IMG/VR virus record: IMGVR_UViG_2541047873_000007
Strand: one strand, 5' to 3'
Length of the DNA stretch: 34,634 nt
Origin: a virus
Taxonomy: Duplodnaviria; Heunggongvirae; Uroviricota; Caudoviricetes
Shown here: piece by piece, positions 26,603-34,634 of the stretch
Position numbering within the stretch: the stretch's first letter is position 1
How the letters are laid out: every line of letters starts with the position of its first letter
Position numbers and translations under genes: made by a program
Notes under the pieces: generated by a model
Database searches by the model: none
Told to the model about the DNA's origin: nothing
Seen by the model: the letters and a program-made list of their open reading frames with translations, nothing else

Positions 26603-28372
26603 ATGAATGCTGCCCTGACTGAACGACTGGTTTATGTCGCCCGCGCGGCACGTGACGCGGGGCATGGTAAACGCGGTGCAATATACGACGCTGCCTGTGC
26701 TGAACTTGGCATGTCCCGCGCCACTCTGCTGCGCAGGCTGAAGGAGGTCTCTGTGACTGATAAACGCAAAAAACGCGCTGATGCCGGACGCAGCGCCCTG
26801 ACCCGCGACGAAGCCGCGCTGATATCTGCCACACTGCGTGAGGCCACCCGCAAGAACGGTAAGCGCCTCTATTCCATCGCAGATGCAGTGGAAACCCTGC
26901 GGGCTAACGGCTTTATCACCGCAGGCAGAACAGATGAAACCACCGGTGAGTTTTTCCCGTTGTCTGAAGATGCCATCAGCCGTGCTCTGCGTAACTATGG
27001 CCTGCACCCGGAACAACTGGATGCTCCTGCACCGCATACCGAAGTGGCCAGTCTGCACCCCAATCATGTCTGGCAGATTGACGCCTCACTCTGCACGCTT
27101 TACTACCTGAGCAATGGACATAAAGGGCTGCAGGTGATGGACAGCGCGAAGTTCTACAAGAACAAGCCCGCTAACCTTGCCCGTATCGCCAGTGACCGCG
27201 TGTGGAGTTACGAGATTACCGACCATGCCAGCGGCTGGATTTACGTTGAGTATGTGACGGGCGCGGAATCAGGTGAGAACCTGTGTTCTGTGCTTATCAA
27301 CGCCATGCAGGAGCGTGGCGGCGCAGACGTGCTGCACGGCGTGCCAAAAATACTCTATCTCGACCCCGGCTCGGCAAACACCGCGGGTATGACGAAAAAC
27401 ATGTGCCGCTCACTGGGCATCGACCTGATAGCGCACAAGCCGCATAACGCCCGCGCCACCGGACAGGTGGAAAAGGCGCGAGACATTATCGAACGCAAGC
27501 TGGAGCCGGGTCTGAAGTTCCGGCCGGTTCACAGTCTGGAAGAACTCAACGCGCTGGCCGCGAAATGGCGCAGCCACTTTAACGCCACGGCTGTTCACAG
27601 CCGCCACGGTAAAACCCGCACGGATATCTGGCTGAAGATTACTGCTGAGCAGCTGAAAAAAGCGCCTTCCGTTGAGGTATGTCATGAACTGGCTGTGGCG
27701 GCACCAGAACTCCGCAAAGTCACGCCAAAACTTCGTGTCTCGTTCCGGGGCACTGAATTTGACGTATCAACGGTACCGGGCGTACTGGTTGGTGAAAAAC
27801 TGATGATTACCCGTAACCCATGGCGCAGCGATGTGGCACAGGTGGTTCTGACCGGTGAGGACGGCCACGAGACGTTCTTCCTGGTCGAAGAGGTCAGAAA
27901 GAACGAGTTTGGCTTTGCTGAAGGCGCGGCGGTATTTGGCGAAAGTTACAAAGCCCTGCCGGAAACCCCGGCACAGATGGCGGCAAAAGAAACCGAAGCG
28001 CTGGTTACCGGTACAGACAACGCCGCAGATGCAGCCGCCGCACGCAAGGCGAAGGCGCTGCCGTTCGGCGGGCGGCTTGACCCGTATAAACATATCGACG
28101 ACACCACACTTCCGGCCTATATGCCGAAGCGTGGTCAGGCCTCTGACGTACGCGGGCCGCGCACTGAACAACGTCCCATGACTCATGTGGAGGCCGCGAA
28201 AGCCCTGCGCGATAAGTTCAGCGCCGACGGCCTTACCTGGACGCCGGAACATTACCGCCAGTTAACGGCACAGTACCCGGACGGCGTACCGGAAGCCGCA
28301 CTGGATGAAGTCATGGCCACGCTGACCACACCGGCCAGCAGCAGTGTTATCAGCATTGTTAACGGCAACTGA
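26603..28372 (+). CDS. DDE transposase (integrase-core type, transposable-phage A-like)
   Basis: 589 aa; acidic residues in WQIDAS and LYLDPGSANTAG consistent with a DDE core; followed by an ATPase gene; GGAGG RBS. Confidence 0.8.
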   Translation: MNAALTERLVYVARAARDAGHGKRGAIYDAACAELGMSRATLLRRLKEVSVTDKRKKRADAGRSALTRDEAALISATLREATRKNGKRLYSIADAVETLRANGFITAGRTDETTGEFFPLSEDAISRALRNYGLHPEQLDAPAPHTEVASLHPNHVWQIDASLCTLYYLSNGHKGLQVMDSAKFYKNKPANLARIASDRVWSYEITDHASGWIYVEYVTGAESGENLCSVLINAMQERGGADVLHGVPKILYLDPGSANTAGMTKNMCRSLGIDLIAHKPHNARATGQVEKARDIIERKLEPGLKFRPVHSLEELNALAAKWRSHFNATAVHSRHGKTRTDIWLKITAEQLKKAPSVEVCHELAVAAPELRKVTPKLRVSFRGTEFDVSTVPGVLVGEKLMITRNPWRSDVAQVVLTGEDGHETFFLVEEVRKNEFGFAEGAAVFGESYKALPETPAQMAAKETEALVTGTDNAADAAAARKAKALPFGGRLDPYKHIDDTTLPAYMPKRGQASDVRGPRTEQRPMTHVEAAKALRDKFSADGLTWTPEHYRQLTAQYPDGVPEAALDEVMATLTTPASSSVISIVNGN

Positions 28373-28382
28373 GGAGGGAAAC

Positions 28383-29549
28383 ATGCTGGTACTGAAGCAG
28401 CAACTGAAAGAGGCCCGTATTCCACAGGCGGTGGTGGCGAGAGCTGTCGATGTTTCTGAGGCCACGCTGGCCCAGATTGTGAATCATAACGCGTGGCCCC
28501 GCACCAGCCCCGGAGAAGTGCGCCGGCGTCTTGCGTCCTGGCTGGAAAGTCAGGGGATTGATACAACGAAGAGTTTTGATGCTGTACAGGGCGCGGCCAC
28601 GCCCCGTACAGCGGGTACCACAGATAAAACGAGCCTCAGTGAGGAAGAGAATATGTTACTCAAAAAACAGGTGTTATTTCCAGCAACCAAAAAAGCGTTT
28701 GGTCTTTTCCGTGACCCGTTCGCCGACGAAGCCATGCAGGGTTCTGATGATGTGTTCACCACCCCGGACATTCGCTACGTGCGTGAGGCGTTGTACCAGA
28801 CAGCCCGTCATGGTGGGTTTATGGCCGTCATCGGTGAGTCCGGTGCGGGTAAATCCACGCTGCGCCGCGACCTGACTGAACGTATCAACCGCGAGAATGC
28901 GCCGGTAATTGTTATCGAGCCATACATCATCGCTATGGAAGACAACGATGTGAAAGGGAAAACCCTGAAGGCAGCAGCGATTGCCGAAGCCATTATCAGT
29001 ACCATCGCACCACTGGAAAGCATCAGACGCAGTCAGGACGCCCGCTTTCGCCAGTTGCATCGCGTCCTGAAAGACAGCAGCCAGGCGGGGTTCAGCCACG
29101 TTCTGGTGATTGAGGAGGCCCACAGTCTGCCCATTCCGACACTGAAACACCTCAAACGCTTTTTTGAGCTGGAGTCCGGTTTCAAAAAACTGCTGTCCAT
29201 CGTGCTGATTGGCCAGCCGGAACTGGCGACAAAACTGTCTGAACGCAATATGGAAGTCCGTGAAGTCGTTCAGCGCTGTGAGGTGGTCGAACTTCTGCCT
29301 CTGGACAATAACCTTGAAGAATTTCTGACGTTCAAACTGCAACGGGCCGGTAAACAACTGACGGACATTATGGACGCCAGCGCAGTGGATGCCATACGTG
29401 CCCGCCTGAGCAATCCGGGAAGTCATCGTAAAAATATGGTCAGCCTGCTGTATCCGCTGGCCGTCAGTAACCTGGTGATAGCCGCCATGAATCTGGCCGC
29501 TGAAATCGGGGTTCCACAGGTCAATGCTGACGTTGTCAAAGGGGTTTAA
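28383..29549 (+). CDS. AAA+ transposition target ATPase (MuB/TniB-like) with N-terminal HTH
   Basis: Walker A GESGAGKST, Walker B-like HVLVIEEAH; N-terminal ARIPQAVVARAVDVSEATLAQIVN; ATG 28383 with GAGGAGGG RBS (track start 28344 is a GTG). Confidence 0.8.
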   Translation: MLVLKQQLKEARIPQAVVARAVDVSEATLAQIVNHNAWPRTSPGEVRRRLASWLESQGIDTTKSFDAVQGAATPRTAGTTDKTSLSEEENMLLKKQVLFPATKKAFGLFRDPFADEAMQGSDDVFTTPDIRYVREALYQTARHGGFMAVIGESGAGKSTLRRDLTERINRENAPVIVIEPYIIAMEDNDVKGKTLKAAAIAEAIISTIAPLESIRRSQDARFRQLHRVLKDSSQAGFSHVLVIEEAHSLPIPTLKHLKRFFELESGFKKLLSIVLIGQPELATKLSERNMEVREVVQRCEVVELLPLDNNLEEFLTFKLQRAGKQLTDIMDASAVDAIRARLSNPGSHRKNMVSLLYPLAVSNLVIAAMNLAAEIGVPQVNADVVKGV

Positions 29550-29551
29550 TA

Positions 29552-29821
29552 ATGAAATCCACCACAGTTATCAGCCAGCAGATTAACAAAGTGCAGTCAG
29601 CCATTATGGCACTTAAGGCGACGAATACGGATATACAGAGCATCACCATCAGGGGCCATAAACCTGTCATCCGAGTTTCCCGGAGTGCGCATTGCATACA
29701 CATGCTTGAACAGGGGAAAGCCAGTTATCTGTATACCGGTCATGACCACAGGGGTCATTTCCGTCAGGGCGTTTTCGAACTGCACGGCTGTCGCGTCGTG
29801 TGGCCGGAATCTTTGTGGTAA
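29552..29821 (+). CDS. Hypothetical small early protein (kil-like position)
   Basis: 89-aa ORF directly after the ATPase gene; function assigned only by position. Confidence 0.35.
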   Translation: MKSTTVISQQINKVQSAIMALKATNTDIQSITIRGHKPVIRVSRSAHCIHMLEQGKASYLYTGHDHRGHFRQGVFELHGCRVVWPESLW

Positions 29822-29848
29822 TCAGCACAACCGGAGAAATCATAAAAT

Positions 29849-30379
29849 ATGGCAAAAAGTACAAAAGGGGCAAAACGTATCAAGTCCGCAGCGGCACTCT
29901 GGGTACCGGGGACACGCGAAGAGGTCATTGAGGGCATCAGACTGCTCGGTGACGCACAACGTGAACTGGTCAGGGCTGAAACAGAAATGAATGACGCCAT
30001 TGGCGATATCACCGCACGTTATGCCCCGCTCACCGAGAGCCTGAAAAAACGCATGGCCGAACTGCAGTCCGGTATTCAGACATGGTGTGAGGCACACCGT
30101 GATGAACTGACCGGCAACGGGAAGGTGAAGTTCGCTAACCTCACCACCGGCGAGGTGCAGTGGCGAAACCGTCCGCCATCAGTCAGTATCCGTGGGGCGG
30201 ATAATGTTATTGAATTACTGAGACGTCTGGGGCTTGAGCGCTTTATTCGTGTAAAAGAGGAAATAAATAAAGACGCTATCCTGAATGAAAAAGAGGCCGT
30301 GAAAAATATTCCCGGTATTTCCATTAAAAGCGACATTGAGGATTTTTCAATAATTCCTTTTGAGCAGGATGTGCAGTAA
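29849..30379 (+). CDS. gam: Host-nuclease inhibitor Gam (Ku-like DNA-end binding)
   Basis: 176 aa; MAKSTKGAKRIKSAAALWVP...ETEMNDAIGDI...WCEAHRDELT...RPPSVSIRG...GIEDFSIIPFEQ closely matches Mu Gam as I recall it. Confidence 0.9.
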   Translation: MAKSTKGAKRIKSAAALWVPGTREEVIEGIRLLGDAQRELVRAETEMNDAIGDITARYAPLTESLKKRMAELQSGIQTWCEAHRDELTGNGKVKFANLTTGEVQWRNRPPSVSIRGADNVIELLRRLGLERFIRVKEEINKDAILNEKEAVKNIPGISIKSDIEDFSIIPFEQDVQ

Positions 30380-30476
30380 ACACACCACGTTAATTATTTA
30401 ATAAAAACATTTTCTTTTTTATTCCAGCGTCAGCGCCGTGGGCTTCTGCACGCCGGAAACAGAGGAGAATTAAATT

Positions 30477-30671
30477 ATGATATTTAAATGTATTCAGTGC
30501 GAGAGGGATATAACAGCCCTGCGTTTTCACAGCGCCATCGCCGTGATGTCCGGTAAATACCACATCCCTGCGGTACGCGTCACCCTGGTCTGCCCGTACT
30601 GCAGCCAGCATTTTTCGGCGGACGTGCCCGTCATGGAATTCTCCCGCCCTGACAGGGAGGACGCGCAATGA
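30477..30671 (+). CDS. Small zinc-ribbon protein
   Basis: 64 aa with CxxC...CxxC (CIQCERDI ... CPYCSQHF); AGGAG RBS. Confidence 0.45.
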   Translation: MIFKCIQCERDITALRFHSAIAVMSGKYHIPAVRVTLVCPYCSQHFSADVPVMEFSRPDREDAQ

Positions 30672-30940
30672 TTACCCCACAGGAAGCACGACAGCGCACC
30701 CGAACCCTTGTTGAACACTATGTCAACGAGTGTGAATGCCGCAACCTCACCGATGTGAAGCACGTCCTGACGGCACTAATCAGTATGGCCGCTCAGGCCA
30801 TTGTGGCGACCAACGGAAAGGCGGCTGCCCTGCAGGTACTGGTGAACACACTCACCCACACGGCAGAGCATGAGGTGCCGTACCGGATGGAAACCACTGC
30901 AGAAGGCGGCCTGCACATCACCGTCAGCCGGAAGCACTGA
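30668..30940 (+). CDS. Hypothetical early protein
   Basis: 90-aa ORF, translationally coupled to neighbours. Confidence 0.4.
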   Translation: MITPQEARQRTRTLVEHYVNECECRNLTDVKHVLTALISMAAQAIVATNGKAAALQVLVNTLTHTAEHEVPYRMETTAEGGLHITVSRKH

Positions 30941-30949
30941 GGGCGCGGC

Positions 30950-31246
30950 ATGACACGGAACACCATACTCACCCGCACCGCCCTCTACCGTCTGGCCCTG
31001 CAGCGTTTCGGGCCGGACGCACAGGCCCTGAAACTGACAGAAGAGGCCGCTGAACTGGCGGCCAGTGCTGCCCGCAATCTGAACGGACAGGGCAGCGAAA
31101 GTGACCTCGCGGCAGAGCTGGCAGACGTGGAAATCATGACAGAGCAATTGCGCCTTCAGGGGATGGACCGGCTGATTGACTTCCACAAACAGAAAAAACT
31201 GGAACGTCTGGCTGCACGACTGGGCGTGATTTACACGAACGAGTAA
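30950..31246 (+). CDS. MazG-like NTP pyrophosphohydrolase (small all-alpha type)
   Basis: 98 aa with EEAAELAAS ... ELADVEIM, matching the EExxE...ExxD signature. Confidence 0.5.
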   Translation: MTRNTILTRTALYRLALQRFGPDAQALKLTEEAAELAASAARNLNGQGSESDLAAELADVEIMTEQLRLQGMDRLIDFHKQKKLERLAARLGVIYTNE

Positions 31247-31260
31247 CCGGGAGGCATTCA

Positions 31261-31476
31261 ATGGCTGACATACTCAGGGAAATCACCGCATGGACACTGA
31301 TTCTTACTGGCCTGGCGACATGCCTCAGTGCGGGGGCAGCCCTGGCTGCCCTGCTGATGCACATAACAACACAGTGGTTATGGGAAAAGCTTAAAGCAGC
31401 ATACAGCCTGAAAGAGCTGTCCGACGCTGTCCGGGCATGGAAACGGCAGAAAAATACCGGAGATACAGAACAATGA
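31261..31476 (+). CDS. Small membrane protein
   Basis: 71 aa with hydrophobic segment WTLILTGLATCLSAGAALAALLM. Confidence 0.4.
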   Translation: MADILREITAWTLILTGLATCLSAGAALAALLMHITTQWLWEKLKAAYSLKELSDAVRAWKRQKNTGDTEQ

Positions 31477-32156
31477 CAGACCAGAATAAACACATTGAGA
31501 AACTGAAAAAGTTGCTGGCGCTGGCCGCATCCGGCAACCCGCACGAGGCCGCTCTGGCACTGCGCCGAGCCCGTAAACTGATGGATGTTCACGGCATCAC
31601 ACATTCCGACATTGCTATGAGTGATATTGATGAAACCATCAGTCATTACTGGCCGACAGGCAGTCTCCGTCCACCGCGCTACATGCTGGGCCTGATGAAC
31701 ATCATCCGCGAGGCATTTGGTGTTAACTCCATCATTCACCCCGGCACGCATCCGTCTGTGGGGTTCTACGGTAACCGGGAACGAGCGGCACTGGCTGCAT
31801 ACACCTGGGAAGTGCTGGTCCGCCAACTGAAAAAGGCGCGTCAGCAGTATATCAGCGCACAGAACAAAAGAATAAAAAACGCCACCCGTACCAGCCGTGG
31901 AAACCAGTTTGCTGAAGGCTGGGTACTGGCCGTTATCAGTGAAATACAGTCCTTTGCCCTGACCGATGATGAGCGTGAACTGATGCAACAGTGGCTGGAA
32001 CATAAATACCCGCAAACGCAAACCACCAGGGCGCGTAAACCGGGAAGAAGCCGCAATGGCGACGCCTCGCGCTATGCGGGGTTTCGTGAAGGGCAGAACG
32101 TCAGACTGCACCGCCCGGTCAGTGGGCAGGAACAACAGAAACTGGAGGCCAGATGA
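31473..32156 (+). CDS. Hypothetical early protein (helical N-terminal domain)
   Basis: ATG 31473 (GGAGATA upstream), N-terminus IEKLKKLLALAASGNPHEAALALRRARKLM. Confidence 0.45.
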   Translation: MTDQNKHIEKLKKLLALAASGNPHEAALALRRARKLMDVHGITHSDIAMSDIDETISHYWPTGSLRPPRYMLGLMNIIREAFGVNSIIHPGTHPSVGFYGNRERAALAAYTWEVLVRQLKKARQQYISAQNKRIKNATRTSRGNQFAEGWVLAVISEIQSFALTDDERELMQQWLEHKYPQTQTTRARKPGRSRNGDASRYAGFREGQNVRLHRPVSGQEQQKLEAR

Positions 32157-32383
32157 TTACGCTATCAGGTAACAGCCGGAAATTAAAAGCCTGCCGAATA
32201 TCTGCCAGATACCTTTTTGCCCGCGCCTTTTTTAAGAACGTCAGGCCGGGGATCACAATTGGTGTTATTGCCGGACGCGAACAGGTTGAAAAATACATGT
32301 CAGGTGCATGGTGGAATAACGACCCTGTCATTGCTGCCCGTAATATTCATATCGAATGGGGAGGTATTCAGAATGACTACTGA
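32153..32383 (+). CDS. Hypothetical protein
   Basis: 76-aa ORF overlapping both neighbours. Confidence 0.3.
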   Translation: MITLSGNSRKLKACRISARYLFARAFFKNVRPGITIGVIAGREQVEKYMSGAWWNNDPVIAARNIHIEWGGIQNDY

Positions 32384-32579
32384 AACCATTGTCTGTTTTC
32401 TTTTCTGGTATATGTACGCAGGATCATGCAGCGCAAGACTTCATCGTTCCCTGGGCTATGGCAGGCACTACGACACCGCGCATTACATCCTGTACATGAC
32501 CGCCGTCATGTTGTTCTGGCCAGTCACCCTGCCAGCTGCAACCGACATTGTTGCCGACAGACTGAAAAAAAGGAGATGA
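32373..32579 (+). CDS. Small membrane protein
   Basis: 68 aa from ATG 32373 (GGAGG RBS), two hydrophobic segments. Confidence 0.35.
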   Translation: MTTETIVCFLFWYMYAGSCSARLHRSLGYGRHYDTAHYILYMTAVMLFWPVTLPAATDIVADRLKKRR

Positions 32580-32580
32580 T

Positions 32581-33030
32581 ATGCAGAAAAAACGCCTGAT
32601 ACAGCTTATCCATATTGCCCGTAATGAACTGGGTATGGATGAAGACACCTACCGCCAGATGTTACAGGGGCTGACCGGTAAAGCCTCAACCAAAGGAATG
32701 GATACCACACAACTAAACTGCGTGCTGGAATCCATGAAAAAGAAAGGCTTTCGCGTTAAACCAGCCAGAAAAGCCAGCTCCGGTTTACCGCTGGATAACC
32801 ATCCGCAGTCCAGGAAAATTCGTGCGCTATGGCTTGAAATGGCTGCTGCCGGCATTGTTCGTGACCGTTCAGAAAATGCATTAGCGAGGTGGATCAAGCG
32901 GGAAACGGGCATCAGCGCCCTGCGCTGGCTCAGTACTGAACAGGCAAGCAGTGTTATTGAGAAACTGAAGAAGTGGCAGCGCAGAGCTGCGGGAGTCAAA
33001 CATGAGCGACCTGAATCAGTTTCGAAGTAA
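32581..33030 (+). CDS. GemA-like regulatory protein (Mu gp16 family)
   Basis: 149 aa; position immediately upstream of mor; AGGAG RBS. Confidence 0.65.
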   Translation: MQKKRLIQLIHIARNELGMDEDTYRQMLQGLTGKASTKGMDTTQLNCVLESMKKKGFRVKPARKASSGLPLDNHPQSRKIRALWLEMAAAGIVRDRSENALARWIKRETGISALRWLSTEQASSVIEKLKKWQRRAAGVKHERPESVSK

Positions 33031-33391
33031 GGGGCCGGAACTCCTGGTGGAACTGGCACAGCATACCTCTGAGACCGTTCGCGAGATTATTGATATTGAG
33101 CCCGAAGTTGCCGACCAGATTGGTCAGGCCGTCGCGAACCGAATGATGCAGGTCTGGGGCGGGCAAAACGTTTATTTCCCGATGGGCATGGTATGGAAGG
33201 TCAGTCAGCGCGACCGGGAAATCTTCAGGGAGTTTAACGGACGCAACCACCACGAACTGGCCCGCAAATTTGGTGTTTCGCTTCAGTGGGTCTACAGCGT
33301 GGTTAAGCGGGTAAGAAAAGAAGAACTGGATCGGATGCAGGGCAAGCTATTTGCTGATGAACCCGATGCAGATACGGAGAAAAAAGAGTAA
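33002..33391 (+). CDS. mor: Mor/C-family transcription activator
   Basis: 129 aa; C-terminal ...QVWGGQNVYFPMGMVWKVSQRDREIFREFNGRNHHELARKFGVSLQWVYSVVKRVRKEE matches the Mor/C HTH region. Confidence 0.8.
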   Translation: MSDLNQFRSKGPELLVELAQHTSETVREIIDIEPEVADQIGQAVANRMMQVWGGQNVYFPMGMVWKVSQRDREIFREFNGRNHHELARKFGVSLQWVYSVVKRVRKEELDRMQGKLFADEPDADTEKKE

Positions 33392-33400
33392 TATCTGCAA

Positions 33401-33477
<77 letters not shown>

Positions 33478-33478
33478 A

Positions 33479-33553
<75 letters not shown>

Positions 33554-34634
33554 CCCAGACCGGCCAGGTGTGCGGCATAAACAGTACTTCCGCGTCGTTA
33601 CCCCACATATCCAGCGTTTCGTTCAGGTACTCGGTCCACTTGCTGGTATCGCGGGTTTTCGCGCCGCGCAGAGTGTAGAAGTTGTGCAGGGTATGCGTGG
33701 CGTTCTCGGCGGTACACAGGGCTTTCAGGGCCGGAATATAGAAGTGCATTTCGGCTGGCGCTTCGCTACCCGGAGTCATCAGGAAGTCAAACTCCAGGCC
33801 GTCGATAATCATCTTCTCGCCAGTTCTGACGATAGTTTTAGTCGGTGCAATAATGCTCGGGTCGCCGGTTGCCAGCGTCACGCCCAGGCCATTACCCACG
33901 TTGCCTTGCGCGTTGTGCGGCAGTAACAGACCGTAAGAGTAGAGCGCACGGCGGCTCATAATATTACCCGCCAGCACGTTTTCGCTGATGGCTTCGTCCA
34001 TAAAGCCTGCCGGAGCGATCACCTGCACTTTGCCGGATTTAACATCCGCTTCAGAGATAATGCCTTTCACACCGCCATAATGGTCGGCGTGGCTGTGGGT
34101 GTAAATAACAGCAACAATCGGTTTTTGCGGACGATGTTGGAAGTAAAGGTCAAGTGCGGCTTTTGCGGCAGGCGGCGTCACCAGTGGGTCGATAACAATA
34201 ATGCCTTTCTCGCCCTCAACGAATGTAATGTTAGAGATATCCTGGCCGCGCACCTGATACATTTTATCGGTGACTTTGAACAGGCCAGAAATGCCGTTGA
34301 TCTGCGACTGACGCCACAGGCTGGGGTTTACGGTTTCCGGCGCAGCGGCATTAATATCAAATTTGTAATCATTCGCGCGGTAGTAAACTTTGCCGTTAGC
34401 ATCACGCAGAATACCTTCATCCAGCAGCGGGGCGATAAATCCACGCTGGGCATCGTCAAAATCTTGACGATCGCTAAACGGTAATGATTTGGCGTAATTC
34501 TGATTAATCTGTTGGGTATATTGAGTGGCGGCTTTCGCTTCATCTGTTGCGTAAGCGGTATTTACCATCATGCCGCTGGCGGCAGTTAACGCAATAACAA
34601 TCCTGCTCAAACGGAATAACCGAGAGTTATTCAT
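33554..34634 (-). pseudogene. yjcS: Host MBL-fold alkyl/aryl-sulfatase gene (YjcS/SdsA1-like), 5' portion only
   Basis: Signal peptide [29 protein letters not shown] and metal site [11 protein letters not shown]; frame ends after ...HTWPVW with 10 codons of prophage-end sequence, far short of a full-length enzyme. Confidence 0.7.

Overview
Almost the entire window (1 to about 33553) is one Mu-like transposable prophage. A minus-strand late arm runs lysis, terminase, portal, head, contractile tail with a triplicated tape measure, baseplate and a tail-fibre gene that continues past position 1. A plus-strand early arm runs ner-like, DDE transposase, AAA+ target ATPase, Gam, GemA-like and Mor-like up to a transposon-type end. 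This divergent layout matches what I recall of the BcepMu family (early arm inverted relative to Mu); the family assignment is from memory and from motif reading, not from a search. The right end interrupts a host alkylsulfatase-like gene (33554-34634). Between the two arms sits a visibly AT-richer accessory island (about 22440-25100): an XRE-type repressor translationally coupled to two uncharacterised membrane proteins, plus a convergent small P-loop protein. I rank that island as the best candidate for an undescribed lysogen-expressed exclusion or defence module. Other observations: four copies of a 22-bp motif upstream of the late operons, a palindromic operator inside a near-consensus early promoter, and three periodic 10-bp repeats at the prophage end. 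All calls rest on reading the sequence and remembered family features; gene starts are approximate because the ORF track appears to print M for GTG starts as well (e.g. 28344, 23548).
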